A stretch of DNA of 61,610 nucleotides, the filler included, from Choristocarpus tenellus KU-1152 (Eukaryota > Protista > Phaeophyceae), in the NCBI GenBank assembly GCA_964200185.2. It is 9 parts of 9 records of this genome, joined end to end, with 100 filler letters (N's around TTAATTAATTAA, not from the genome) between each part and the next. Parts side by side here need not be neighbours in the genome. Positions count along the whole stretch, not along the records: positions 1 to 9,310 come from CAXNAD020003792.1; positions 9,411 to 17,272 come from CAXNAD020005479.1; 7 more parts are not named here. One strand, written 5' to 3'. This document shows, piece after piece, positions 1 through 13,708 of the stretch. The translations under genes and the position numbers were made by a program. The notes under the pieces were generated by a model. That model saw only the letters and a program-made list of their open reading frames with translations, searched no databases and was not told where the DNA came from. The first letter of the stretch is position 1. Every line of letters starts with the position of its first letter.

Positions 1-451
1 CCGCGTAGGAAGGGTATCCAAGTGTCTCTGAATACCAGGGTTGCGCTTGCAGTGCTGCACGCCCTCACGATTGTCTCTGATAAGCATAAACTGCCGTGAC
101 ACGTTGGGCTGGCCCTCGCAGCAGAGTTTGGAGTGTCCGAGCATTACATGCAAGGGCTCTGGGAGGACGTCGCCGATCAGCTTGCCCATGGACATACGCT
201 TGACCTAGGTATGTCGGCACGTTGTGGGTGGCCTTCAGAGCTCACACCGACCAAGATGGCCGCAATACATAGTATCAACTACGATAATCGGTCATCCACA
301 GTGCTTCAGGTGACAATGAAGATAGTCACCAAGGGGCTTAACTGTAGCACAAGCACCATAAACAGATGGTTGGGTTATATGAGGGCCATGCCGAATTGCC
401 GCTGGATCAAACCCAAGCTTAAATCGTGGCAAAATGTATGGAGAATGTATG

Positions 452-781
452 CAAAATAGGTCAATAGTGGTGTCTACCTTATTTTGTGTATATGAGATTT
501 TTGTGTTGAATTGAGTCCATGTGATGTAACTTATGAGACAGTACATCCGGATTATGTATGGTTATTTATTCCGCATTCAACTACTTTGACATAACCGTTG
601 ACTTAGATAGGAAGCACAAATAAATAATAAACAAGCAATGAGAACACAACCCACAAAGGTCACTCTTCTAATTTCAATCATCCATTCCTTTTCACATTCA
701 GCAAAAAAAGGGGTCGTGTGAGACTTCATACACCCTCTTATCTTCACTACTGAGAAATAGCATTACCTCCCAAGGTAAATT
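452..781 (-). repeat. Dispersed ~330-bp repeat; reverse-complement homolog of 45992-46300
   Basis: Shared blocks in opposite orientation, e.g. CAACTACTTTGACATAACCGTTGAC and AAATAGCATTACCTCCCAAGG. Confidence 0.85.
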
Positions 782-880
782 GCACAGAATGGACTTTGAT
801 TGTGATCAAGATGATCGGAAACTGTGCAATATAGACTAGTAGTCTATATGATTTATAGTGTAAAAGTGAATGAAGTAATG

Positions 881-946
881 TAACTTGAACTTACAAGCGA
901 CTGACGTAGTGTAACTTGAACTTATAAGTGACTGACGTAGTGTAAC
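881..946. repeat. 31-bp tandem duplication (about 2 copies)
   Basis: GTAACTTGAACTTAYAAGYGACTGACGTAGT twice, plus a partial third copy. Confidence 0.85.
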
Positions 947-2917
947 TGTCACAAACATGCTTAAACATATCTCTGACGTGTTTGATGACGAATGAATTAG
1001 ATAACAAGGGAGAGCACCACCCCCCCACCTTGAGGATAGTGCTCACTCAACTAATAAACAAATCCATACCACATAAAGCAAAATACTCTATCAGAGTAGC
1101 TCTCTTTTGCATAGAAACGTGGTGTGTACGCCTCCATGGCAAACACGATCAATGTGGCTGAAACCTGGTTTTAAGTGATGGCTGATGGGGAAAGGGTTAG
1201 GGTATTTCCTCATGAGGATGATATTGACCTTCCAGAGTCCCCTCTATTGTGCAGCACAAGAGTCATATCCCCAAAACCATGATCATTGCAACCAACGCCC
1301 GCCCAGATTCGGCTCACAGCTTAGATGGAAAGCTTGGTGTTTGGCTAGTGCATGCGCCAAAATCAGCAGACAGGACAAGCAAGAACCATGAAAGGGGGAT
1401 GTGTATGAACAGGACTGTACCTTAGACCATTTGTGGTACAGGAAGTGGTACACGGAGAAGTTACTACCTGCAATCAAGACCAAGATACCTTGGTTACAGG
1501 GGAAGCGTGTTGTCGTTCAGTAAGACGGTGCCACTCCCCACACGGGCAAGGGCAACACAGAAATCTTCTCAGGGGCAGGGAAGACTGAAGGGTGGTCGAT
1601 TATGCTTGTGGCGCAGCCATGTAACTCCCCCAACCTCAATATCATGGACCTGTGCTTCTTCAGGTCTTGGAAATGTGGGGTGATGGAGGAGCGGTTTGGG
1701 TCCGTCGAGGAGATGGTGAAGATCAATAAGAAACAGTATGAGGAGTATGATGAAACCACATTTGAGAGGGCTTCGCAGCTCCTTTTTGTGGCGTACAATC
1801 AAGTACCTAGATACAAAGGGGGGAATGACTTCAGTGTGGAGCACACAGGGGTAAGGAAGGGGCAGTTGTCTGGTGAGCTTGAAAACACACTGAAGGTAGA
1901 CATGGAGCTTTTTCTGTTACAGATAAATTATGAGGGCTGGGGAGTAATAATAACAAAAAGAGCTGAACCTCACCAGAATTTCGTCAAGGATTCCAAATCT
2001 TCTCTCAGAAATTAATTTTACCAACGTCTTCAAAAGCTATGAACAACGCGGCACAGACTTATGGCACGGAGGTAGTACAATTTTATCGAAGTGTCACCAC
2101 ATACATGTATAATCTATTTGCAAGGATTGATAAACCTAGCTAAAACGAGATGCCAAGTCAGAGCTGGTTGTGAACAGGTTATCTGACATCTGTTACGGGT
2201 TGTCAAATCTCTTCACAAAACGATTGGTTATACCCATCTTGGTTACATTGTTACAGCAATCTGTTATATGCAGTTTATGCAAAGGAATATGGCAATAGTA
2301 AATACGGATTATCAAGTCAACATTGTGTGGGACGATATTTTTACTGGTTATCCTACCCATTTGCTGTACGATAGGTTGCAATCATTTTAAGGCATTGTGG
2401 GGTCTGTTTTGTTCTTTGTGAAGATCACAAGAGGGTCCATAGCTACAAAGACGAAGGCGATAGATAACATATGAGGACGAACGACGACCAGGACTAAGTC
2501 TATGTCCAACAATGCTATCAGTAGTGTACTGGCCAATAATTGGTTGAGAGTTTTGATGATCTAAATCTGGCAATGGTAATGGTTTTCCCAGCAACAAATA
2601 ATCCAGTTCATTCAAGTCTGGTGTGGGAGGTTGGACTTGAGGATAGTAATGTTTCACTCTACCCAGATGAACAGAAAAATGGACATGGGTTTCCAGGTAA
2701 TATGGCCCTGTACACGATAGGTGATACCTACAATGTACTTCACATGTACTTTACATGGACCCCTCCATGGGTGAAATAGCTTCAGATTCAGACCATCAGT
2801 ATTCTCATACGACCTGTGTACTAGAAGTTGATCACCAGGTACAAAAATGGGGAAGACGAGACGTTGGTCGGCTCGCTCCTGATTTTTAACGTGTTCATGG
2901 AGGATACAGTGTTCTAT

Positions 2918-3177
2918 GAGTCTAAGCATTTAAGAGGGTAGGGCCATGTCTGTTTGGAGGCATAAATCCAATGTTGCAATTTTGATGTAATTTTGGCTAT
3001 TGTGTTTGTTAGGAAGTGTCAGTATCGTTGACCCAGATACACCTTTCATGGTTGTACACATTTTAGGTAACTGTGTTCACACAGAAAACCGAAAAAGGTA
3101 ATAAAAAAAACCGTGGGAAGCCAAGCACTGAACGGACCGACATTGAAAAACTCCTACCCTCTCAAATGCTTTGTGTC
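2918..3177 (+). mobile_element. MITE family A
   Basis: TIRs GAGTCTAAGCATTTAAGAGGGTAGG ... CCTACCCTCTCAAATGCTTTG; non-coding; multi-copy in the window. No TSD match. Confidence 0.85.
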
Positions 3178-3636
3178 ACAAGCTGTAAATTATCTTTGGT
3201 TTGCTGAGTAAATTCTCCAGTAATGACATCTGAATCAGCACTCGACAAACCACGGATAATATCAACAGTCAAACGAGCTTGTCTTCCAAACAGAAGGAAA
3301 AACAGGTTTTCATGCAACTTTGCCCTGAAAGCTGTGTTACGGGCCAACTGTACGAAAGGCAGTAACGATGCCCAGTTATCCTCAAAACAGAGATTTACGT
3401 TGCTAGTATAGAATGCAACGTAGGACGTGTACTCTCTCTCTAACACAGAATTTTGTGGGAGGTGATACGGTGTGGTTTTGACTTTCTTGTAACCAAGGAC
3501 AGACTGCACCTCTGCAACGATACTGTTTTCAAATTCGATACCCTGATTGAAGTGTAGCAACCCGAGTGTGTCGAAAATTGAAAATGCACGCTCCACCAGC
3601 GTACAAGCAATTATTGCGACCTCATTGCTTGGAACA

Positions 3637-3868
3637 GATTCAAAGCATTTAAGAGGGTAGGGCTTGGTATCCGATGACTTTTTAAAGCCGTTGTTCGGTT
3701 TTCTATGTGAACACAGATACGTAAAATGTATATCGATATGAAAGGTGTGTCCGGAGCAAGGATATTGACACTTGCTAACAAACACAAGAACCAAAATGCA
3801 TCAAAATCGCAACATTGTACTTATGAGCCCAAATGGACACGGCCTTGTCTTCTTAATCACCTTGACAC
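3637..3868 (-). mobile_element. MITE family A, TSD AACA
   Basis: AACA at 3633-3636 and 3869-3872; inserted in the gypsy integrase. Confidence 0.88.
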
Positions 3869-3982
3869 AACAGGGCACAGCACAACAAAACGAGTGAGGT
3901 AATCAATGGCAGGCAACACATACGAGCACATCACACCATTTGCTGCTGGAGAACGTGTTTTGTACTCTACCAAATTAATAGC

Positions 3983-4240
3983 GAGTCAAAGGATCGGAGA
4001 GGGTAGGAGTTTTGCCCTGTTTATCCGTTCAGGGCTTGGTTTCCCACGAGTTTGTTACGTCCTTTTTCAGTTTTCTGTGTGAAAACATTTACCTAAAATG
4101 TATGCGACTATGAAAGGTGTGTCTGGAGCAAGAGTATTAAGATTTCCTAACAAACACCATAGCCAAAATTAATCAAAATCGCAACATTGGATTTATGACC
4201 CCAAATGGACGCGGCCCTGCCTTCTTAGATATTTTGCCTC
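3983..4240 (-). mobile_element. MITE family A, TSD TAGC/TAGT
   Basis: GAGTCAAAG... and ...TTTTGCCTC termini; 4-bp TSD with one mismatch. Confidence 0.85.
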
Positions 4241-4262
4241 TAGTGGTACTAGTAAATAGTTG

Positions 4263-4459
4263 CATGGGTTTTTTATGACATGTTACCTACTCCAAAATGT
4301 TTAGGAGTAGGTAAAATGTGTATGTTATGAAAAGGTTTGTCCGTAACAAGGATATTGACATCCCCTAACAAACATGATAGCCAAAATTCCATCAAAATTG
4401 CAACATTAGATTTTGGTCCCCAAATGGACGCGGATCTACCCTCTAAGATACTTTGACTC
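4263..4459 (-). mobile_element. MITE family B, truncated
   Basis: Internal CCTACTCC...GGAGTAGG hairpin and terminus CTCTAAGATACTTTGACTC. Confidence 0.8.
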
Positions 4460-4608
4460 TTTGGCACATTACGACAGTTGGGTGCCAGCGTTGGAGAAAC
4501 GGGTTTCTTCTGGTCCTCAAGACCTTGAAAATACGAGATAGAGTGTCAGGTATAACATTTAGGTTACCGGGCTTGTGTTTGACAGTGAAGTCGCAACCTT
4601 GAAGTGCA

Positions 4609-4795
4609 GGCTCAAAGTATCTGGGGAGGGGTGACCTCTATCCATTTTGGGGCCCATTTTTCCATGCATGTCGCAATTTTTGGGTGATTTGGTTGCATGT
4701 GCCCGGAAGGATAATTTAAATGCACTTTTCCTGGTCAGGGCCCGAATGGACACCCTGATGTAGACCCCTCCCCCCCTACCCAGATATTTAAAGCC
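4609..4795. mobile_element. MITE family C, TSD TGCA
   Basis: GGCTCAAAGTATCTGGGG ... CCCAGATATTTAAAGCC flanked by TGCA at 4605-4608 and 4796-4799; splits the gypsy WAI-A-LQ codons. Confidence 0.9.
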
Positions 4796-4860
4796 TGCAA
4801 TAGCCCAACAAGTAAGCATGGTATCCCGCATTCTATACAAGTAACACAATGCGGCATGTT

Positions 4861-5112
4861 AACCCAAAGCATTTAAGATAAGTTTGCCCTTTGTGTCTGG
4901 TCGGGGCTTGACTTCCCGCAAGTTTTTATGCTCTTTTTCGGTTTTATTTGTGAACACAGTTAACTAAAATGTATACGACTATGAAAGGTGTGTGTGGAAC
5001 AAGGATATTGATACTTCCTAACAAACATGATAGCCAAAATTACGCCAAAATCGCAACATTGGATATATGACCCCAAACGGATGCGGCCCTACCCTCTTGA
5101 ATGATTCGACTC
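4861..5112 (-). mobile_element. MITE family A, TSD TGTT/TGAT
   Basis: Removing the element and one TSD restores the gypsy RNase H TDHA codons. Confidence 0.85.
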
Positions 5113-8100
5113 TGATCTGTAATGTAGGTAAAGTGTCTACCCCAGAGATACGGTCGCCAATGAGTGATAGCCATAACGACAACAGAACACTCTCTTATTT
5201 ATACCTGAATAGTAATGTTGGGGTCCATTAAATTCTTGCTGATTGAAGTAAGCAACGATACCTAGGTCTTTTGGATTATAGGATCGGTGTTGTGATATAA
5301 AACCTCCAACACCACTCTCATTGCCATCAACATGGACGTCAATCTCTTTGGTAATGTCAGGGAATACGAGAACCAGACTTCGAGTGAGCAATTGTTTTAT
5401 TAAAACAGATTTCAAATCTTATTTAATTTGTTTTTTAAGTATAGAAATATTTTAGTTTTTGTTTTTACTAGTTTCGATCTTTTACTTTTTTATATATTTT
5501 TTGAAACTGTTTTGATTCCTATATTTTTAGTCAACTATTTCTCTTGATTCCTCGAAGTTTTCACCCAAAAGTTCCTGTTCACCACGTGTTCTTGTTCTGC
5601 GTTCGGTATGTTTGGTTAGTGGTTCAACAAAAATATACAACATACATGATTATTTTTTTTTCCACACATATATGCCTCTCAATAATGTTATGTTTTTTTT
5701 GACATTTGTAGATGTGTGTTGGAAAAAGTCAATTCAACATAATATGCCTCTTAACATTCTGATATCAAAAAAGTCCCTTAGAGACTCGAAAGCATGCCGG
5801 AGTTCGAATCTCATTGGTGTCGCCATTATGAATTATGTGATTCTGTACCAGCATGGTTCACTCAGGTAAGGGTGGTGAAGAGAACCACCAGGCAAGACGG
5901 ACCAGACGGAACAAGAAGAACGGTAACCGAGAGGACGAGGTTAGGGTTGGACAAGTGCAAGATTGCTTGTAGAAAAACTGTGAGGACTGACAGACTGAGG
6001 ATCCAGCGAGAAAGGATCATCAGAAAATTCAAGACGTGAGAATGAAGTGAATATTTCATGTTTGATGACTCTGAGTAAAGAGCAATCCCATATCTGTGGA
6101 ACTGGACTTCTTGAAGAGATTCCATGGATTCATTCTCACGGAAGATCCACCACCAGAGTCATCAATCGATATAACGGTATAACGGTATATAACATACAGC
6201 AATATCGGTATAAGTACAGACAAACCTGCTTTTCCACAGAAAGGGTACTGTCTAGATGCACGAATTACTGAAGTGTGACAAAACCTTTGACATGTACACG
6301 TTTTCATCGTGTACTACTACAACACCCAGTAGTAGTGGACATAGTCCCGACATGCCAGAAAAAAGGTAGAATGATTGGTGGCGATGGTCGGGTCATGCGC
6401 AAGAAAAAAAGTAGACTGGCCGGCCTACGGACACGGACTAGTACAATTATCTAGTGGGCGTGATGCAGAAGCTCAAGAGAATGGTAGACCTCGCCAGGTC
6501 AGCAGACATGGACCGGTACAATACCCAGTGGACATGGTTTGGACATTGATTGGTTCAATACCTAGTGGGCCTGGATCAGGACATGTTAAATAATTGTGGG
6601 ACCAGTTGGATCAGTAGACGGGACTATTTTTTTGCAAGCCCAGTGAAAACCCATAGGAAAAGCAAACGGGGTCACCAAGGTTCCTTTTTTGCAATCTCGA
6701 CAAGATCAGGTGCACCTTCTTATTAACAAGAAAACAGACCCTAAAACAATCACCAAACCCATTTTTGGTCGTTAGAGCAGAGAAGGGGTACCTCGAGTGA
6801 CTCTTAATCACATGTTACACCAAAAAAGTATCGAAATGAGTTCCCTTTTGTTAATTCCTATTATATTATTGTCCCCTCTCACATTTTGGAGTGGTGTGAA
6901 GAGAGAAACATATCATACCCATCTTCCAACTAAGGTATACCTTTAGGTGATCTTCGTTGAGAATATGTACTTTTATGGTTCTATATCATATCCATTTCTT
7001 TATTTAACGCATGGAAATTTTCTCGTTATTATGTACTTGTGTAGTGTTTGTGGTGGATAAAGATGTGTCTGCGCATACCATACTTTGGTTCCTAATGGGT
7101 TTGCCCTCTTGGCGTTGTTCTCAATCCTATTATTGGGACTCGTGGGATGGAAACATTGATTCGACGGTCCGGCCTTGTGACGATCGTGGGTCTGCTAACA
7201 TACTTGCTGGTGATTGACATTCGAAAATCTTTGTTGACCGACACGGAGGTAGAGAACTTCTCCACAAAGCTTCCAGAAACGCTATGGTCTCAACCTACGG
7301 TGAGATATGAACTGTCTCTCTCTCTCTCTCTCTCATACACGCATATATATACATATATGTTGTAGGTAACATCCCTTCGTCTTGGACCTTATAATACCAA
7401 TAGGTAAACTTTTTGGAGGTAGTCATGGGATTATCTATTGCCGATTAGGTCTGGTGACCAGATACTCTGGTGACCATACAGGTAGTTGAGCAAGAATTGC
7501 CTAGTATGAAATGGGAGGTAAGGATCAGTGATGACCCCGGGGTGAAAGTTTAGGGCAAATAGTTGGTGATTGCAGTAGCTGCTTGCAAGGGTAAATATGA
7601 TTTCTTTGAATGAGATGATTTGTCCTTGGACCGTTGATTTGTGTCGTTCAGTCGAAGATGAGTAGGGACTTCTGTTCAATTCCAAATGTACTTAATCTCA
7701 TTCTTGAGCAATTCCTGGGTCTACTCTTAACAAGCAATCGAAGTCGGGGATTTGCGAGGACTGGGTGAACAGGAGGGGCTGGCTTACAGGTTGAGTTGTG
7801 AGTGGCAGCTTACACTATGCTACACGCTCTGTCACCTGATCAACACTGCCATTGGGTCGTCCTGACATTCTTGGTGATGATTGATAGTAATTGCGACCAG
7901 GATGGATCATAGTTTCTAAGTACAGGATTCACAGTCTTGATGCGGTAGTCTCGACTCTTTCGATACTAGTGCACTCTCCGGCTTTGTTAATACAGTTTCA
8001 AGACTCGTTTGATGATCAATTGTCGTTAACTCCACCTCGTCTACAACACAACCCTACCCTATTGCGGAACGATCTTCATCTTTTTAAAGGGAAGAGAGTG

Positions 8101-9310
8101 GTGATGACAAGGCTATTTTATTGCCGAAGTTATCTAACTGCATACCCATTTGTCAGAGTTCCACTTGAGTCATGCTACGACGACCACCAATTCGCTGACC
8201 CCAGTCCTACACTCTAGGATGTAGATATCAGAAGTGCTCCCCCATATTTTCCAGGACGCCTTACTCATTCAGCCTCCCGGTACAAGATTGAAGGCAAGAC
8301 TGGAAACGTGTAGTTGTAGTTAGGTCCTTAACATTATGTTTTACTTCTCCTTGTTCAACCCAAGTTGCAAAGTGCGTGCTTTGCACTTACTCATAAACGG
8401 CCCGGACCAAACAAACGAGCATGGAAAGGAGCACTAGTTCTGTGCATTCCCCCTCCTACCTCTTACAGTGTAGAGAAAGAATCAAGAGGTACGATTTTCT
8501 TTTTCTATACAGAACAACAATACGTGCTTCACGATTTTCTTCTGATTTGTTGCATCGAAGTTGAATTTTACGACCCCATAACGGCCACTTTGAATGCAAG
8601 AGCATCACTTGTACCAGTGAGTACCATATGTTCCATGCTCAGCATCTTTCTTGTCCCCTTCTTGCAACAACCACAATCACTCCCAGTTCCACAAATGGTG
8701 AGTCTCCCCTGCCCCTGCTCCACTCCACCCCCCAACCCCACATTCTTTACAAAGTGTAGTGATGTGTTCCCTTTTACTCCGACCCCTCAAGGCCTACCTT
8801 TGTCCTTTGAACAGATATTTATGCCTCTGTTTTCCGTGGGTTAGTATGGAGGGTCTTGTGTTCCCAAGCCTTAGGCCTGTCATATCATACTGTTAACATC
8901 AGTCACTGTCTGCTCCTGTTACATGCCCTAACCCCAATAAACATACATAAGATTTTGAGCCTTCGAGATGGCTTCAACCGTAACATGTAGCCTTGGTGTA
9001 TGCTGTGGTGGGATGGTGGGAGGAATCCTGCACTTGAAATACATGGTGCTGCTTGCGATACAGGCAGAAGCTCTCTCCCTCCTCTTTTTGCACCCTCACC
9101 CCTGGTGCCTTCCAGAACGAAGCATCACTTCTTTTTTGTGGTAGTGTTGGGACTAAGGCAGTCCTTGGAATATCTCAGATCTGATTGTAGCACCTTGTTC
9201 TGGACGTCTGGTTTGGTGGTGGTGGTGGTGGTGGTGGGGGGGGGGGGGTTCGACGGGACGCTGAAGGTCTTACTCATTATCCGGGGAGGGGCTGAAAAAA
9301 CCTGAGAACA

Positions 9311-9410
9311 NNNNNNNNNNNNNNNNNNNNNNNNNNNNNNNNNNNNNNNNNNNNTTAATTAATTAANNNNNNNNNNNNNNNNNNNNNNNNNNNNNNNNNN
9401 NNNNNNNNNN
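9311..9410. other. Artificial contig-joining linker. Others at 17273-17372, 22064-22163, 35423-35522, 41909-42008, 46562-46661, 51160-51259 and 54091-54190
   Basis: Eight 100-nt N runs, each carrying TTAATTAATTAA (stops in all six frames). Confidence 0.97.
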
Positions 9411-12400
9411 ATCTCCCACCCCTCATGTCTACCTCTCTGGCAGCTTTGCTGGCCACCTGGCTGGGATTGTGGGTGGTACGTTACTGGCTAGCGGGGCGCT
9501 GGACTTCACACAACAGCGCTATTGGGGAGTAGGACTCATTGTATGGGCGGGGGCAGTGCTGCTGGGGAGGTGGGCATGTGTTTGGGGGGGAGGGGGAGGG
9601 GGCGGGGCGAAGTGGTTGGTCTGTTCATCGTGTTCCTGCTGTGCTGTTGAAACATGCACCTGCCATGCAAAGGCTTGATGATGGTTTTGTTGGCAGGGAC
9701 ACTGTGATGGTGATGGTTACTGTGCCAGCTTTTTTGCAAATGAAACTGTTATTTTTTTGGCTTTTTTTTTTTGGCTTCTGCTTTGATACAACCAATCAAG
9801 TGTGTTGTTAATGGTGAGAAGGTTTTGGAAGAGCCAGTAGGAAAATAGAGGAACACCTACGAGGTTGAGACTGCCCTCTTGAGTACCCAGTACTTGAGGT
9901 CTTCGATACTCAATATCGATGCGCAGTTTCCACTTTGAAATTCCATTCCAAGAACGTTTTCGGGTTGAATGGGGCTTAGGGTCTCTGTTACTCTCTCAAG
10001 CAGGGATTTCTATATGAAAGGAGGGATACTACTCCAATGCAGAGACATCCTGTGGCTGGCTGGTTTGGCACGTTGGGACTCTCACGAGGATAGGTGTTTT
10101 GTTTCTGATACCATGAGTAAAAATAGAATTACGAACCAGAGTGGTTGATAGCTGGTTGCTTAGGCGCACTGTTGACACCTTCTTGGAAGGCTTGACTAAG
10201 GTGGGGAAAGGTTTTTCACATGAAAAGCTTGAGTTAATTGGAGTTTATATTCATGATCTTTTGTTTGATGCAGGGTTTGACCCTGCAATAACCCAGTACT
10301 TTGTCCGATGATATCACTAACCCTAACCCTGAACACACTCCTTCCCCCCATGCCTACAATTTGCCCCGTTCCCTGCACAGCTTGAAGGTCACAACACGAA
10401 TACCCATTCCTTTCATTGACTATGTGGACTTGAGGGGGTGAGTCGTGACCACAGCGGGTGGGGAAGGGGGAGGCCACACCAGGAATGGGTAAATGGGCAC
10501 ATGTGGATAAGAAATGTTTTTGTATGTTTCAAACTAAATGTGCTTTTTTTTATTTTCAGGTGTTTCCAATCTCAGATAGACAATAATAAATCACTCTAGA
10601 GTACATAACCTGGTTCTTTCGAGACTGGCATGAATAGCCTTCACTAACCCACCCTTTTCTAAGTACCCTTTTCTGTCCCATCCCTTCTGTGCTCCCGTCC
10701 TTTTTATTTATTTATTTTTTGCTGTTTTCACGTTTGTCCTGAGGAGAAATGATGTTCTGGGCTTAGTTGCAGCCCCATTCGACTGGGGTAGTCAGACTGC
10801 CATGGAGGACTTCTTGCTAGGACATGTGTAGTTTTGATGAAAATGTCACAGACACCTGCACACGTTGAAAAACACACTGTCTGCCTCCATACTTGCTCCT
10901 GTCGCTCCCATGACTACAGACAACAGTACAGTAGTAGCCCTGTTACATGGTGATCCCTCAGCAGGCGTCCCCTACATTCTCCTCTGTGGAGTGGTGTATA
11001 TGAATGATACATAATCTTGTGAGGAGGAAAGATGAAAAAAAAAACCTCCAATTGTTTGGGCATGCATCCCCTTTCAGGTTGGGATTATGGTAGAACCTTC
11101 TTGACATGATTGATACAGGGGACATCTGTGACTTGAACCGATTGAAATCAAATCCTTTTGATGAGAAGGCAGAAAAGCTGTTTGCCTACCTCAGCTTCCT
11201 CTCTTACTTACTGTAGTTTGCACCCCTGAGTAGTCATCCACGTGCTGAATGTGTGATTGGTTGGGGGTGTTCCACACACTCTTTTCTTACTACGTAGGAT
11301 TGGTAGATCGTGGCATCAAGGCATATTGTCAACATTACAAGCGAACCTGGGGTGACTTCTTACATGGAAAACATGAATAATCTTGTGCATGTGAAATCTA
11401 GAAATGGTTTTGCTCTTTTGATTTTTATCTATGGTGCTACAGTAGTAGTAGTAGTAGCAAGAATCATAAGAGTGTGTGTAGTTTCGAGATTTAGTGTCAA
11501 GTTTCAGGAGGAATTTTTGTGGGAAGTCACATGCCACTGCCCGTTTCCCTCCCCTCCGCTGCTGGTTTGTGTTTGTGTGTGTGTGATTTGATTCATGTGT
11601 TAATCCTTTCAAGGGTATGGTTGATACGACTTGTTACTCTTGAGTATGTGTTAGTCTTGATGCCTCCTGTTCAAATTGTATGTACCAAGAGTCTGACCTG
11701 AACCTGTGTCATATTGTAGGAGCTCACAATATTATTGATCAGTGGAGCAATAAACTTACAGGGGAAACTATTTTCATCCAAAGTAGACGCCAAGGATTTC
11801 ATTTGATTCCAACTGTAAGCAACACCTATCTATCTTCATTGGAAACAAAAACTACTCCAGAGTAGGTTACACTTTTGTGTAGTATCTGTAGAGGTAATGA
11901 AAGCATGGTGTGACTCATCAGTTCAAATGTATCAAGTCATGCATTTGATAAGTATACCTTAATAAACTTCAAGATAATGTCCATCTCGTGGCATGCTTTT
12001 TGATATGGTGTTGGCCAGAGGGTTTGCCAGAGGGGCACTTGGAGTCCTCAAGGATGGGTGAGTCTGAAAGTCTACCAGAAGGGGTACTGTATGGACTTAC
12101 AAATCGTTCAGATTGTCCCAGTCCTTCAAACTATAAGGTGCTGTGAGGCATTGAGCAGACCGGGAACCGCTATACAGGGTGTCAAAATCCAGGGAATGTT
12201 TTCATCTGGGTACTATTATTCTTATGACTAAATGCAAGCACCTTCCAAAATATAGAGCATATGAAGTACGCACAGGGGTCTCGGGGTGGGGTGCCGGCGT
12301 CCCTTTTTGACCCTACAGTAGACGGGTTTTCTGCAACAAGTGATGTCCAAACAAGAAATATAGGAAGGGATTTCAGTCAAGGGTCCACTAAGTTCAAGAA

Positions 12401-13708
12401 GTGTCACAACAGGCAATATTATATGGGCAAGGTGTGCATAGACATATTTCACCACTTCTGGCTTGAAGATTAATATAAAGTGACTTTGTCACATAGAAGT
12501 GTTTTACTGGATCTGAAGAGCACTATGTTAATTTCAGTTACTGCATTCTCCAGAATCGTAACATTTATTCTAGTTTGAATAGGTCCACCTCAGCTCTTGT
12601 TAGTTTACGGCAGTGGGGACAGGTAAACATCACAACACACACACGTATGTCCCCACAAATATTAAAAAAACAAAAATCCAGAAGCAACAGTTATCCCTCT
12701 TCCCAAACAAAAAAACTATACAAACCCTATCAGACTCTTGGTCTATGACTAATTTCGTTTCTTAAGAACAAAACAACACAGGAGCAGGTACATTGCTGAC
12801 CAACTTGGGGATACCATCAATATAGTAGACGAATTACAAAATTCCTAATACTCGACATATTCCGCGAGATGGAGTGTGTGAATTTGCAAGACTTAAAAAG
12901 TAAATGAAGGTGGTCCCACTTGAGTGAAAAGACATACCGGGCTCATTTCTCTTAAAATACTCACCCAACAATGAAAACTGCCGGTGCTTCTTCTCTTTGG
13001 ACACCTTTGATTGTGAAAATATACTCAAAGAAAAAAATAATTCCATTCCAAAGGCACTCTTGTCACAGCACCAATATCCACACCTTCCACTGATCAATTT
13101 TCTCCACAGCTCTAAAAAAAAAGTGAGAGAGGTCAGCTCCAACAGGCCACTGCCTCCACCTACATGCCCTGTGGCAAACCTGCTCTTTGATAAGAGATAC
13201 ACAAAAAAAAACATGAGATAGACCCACTATTTGTTTGTCGTAGATGTTCTCAAGCCTAATCTAGGAGGCAAGTAGAGGGCACAATCAGCAGAAACCTGGG
13301 GGCGCTTACATCGGCGCTGTTACGTCTACCTCAACATCGGCAACAGATCAACGGAACAATTTCGTACCCAACTGTGGGCGGCCACAAGGGTTCCCTGTAC
13401 AAACAGGGGTATACAAATAAATGCAGCCAAAAAATCCCAAAATGATATCAACCACCTCCTTCACCCTTTCGCTTACTCACCAACAGAAGTGCAAAAGGCT
13501 CTGCATACTAATAGTCATGAAGTATAAAAGAACATCAAGTACACCAATTCACTAGTAACAAATCTATTATGTTTGTGGATTCTTAAGTGGGTCATGACAC
13601 ACAGAAGTATTAGGCCTGGAAGAGACCATTTTGAGCAATATCTGCTACTCTACCATGTCGAGGTCACTTCCTCACTCCGTACTACACTATGTAGAGCTAC
13701 TAGCCTCA

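Larger units (their letters stand above)
1..1900 (+). mobile_element. Decayed Tc1/mariner transposase of the plant-type DD39D/GT clade, split by an insertion at about 446-1070
   Basis: N-terminal part (ELTPTKMAAI...STINRWL...IKPKL) and catalytic part (VQHKSHIPKTMII, DGKLGVW, LLPAIKTKIPWL, Q*DGATPH, QPCNSPNLNIMDLCFF) with stops and frameshifts. Homologous to the copy at 24422-26134. Confidence 0.85.
2380..5415 (-). mobile_element. Decayed Ty3/Gypsy pol remnant (RNase H plus integrase), interrupted by six MITEs
   Basis: RNase H (LVFPDITKEIDVHVDGNESGVGG; TDHAAL...MLTCWAI; LQGCDFTVKHKPGNLNVIPDTLSR), rve integrase (NQGIEFEN...KTTPYH...WASLLPFVQLARNT...FFLLFGR) and a C-terminal PGDQLLV...KLFHPWRGP motif. 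Confidence 0.9.
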
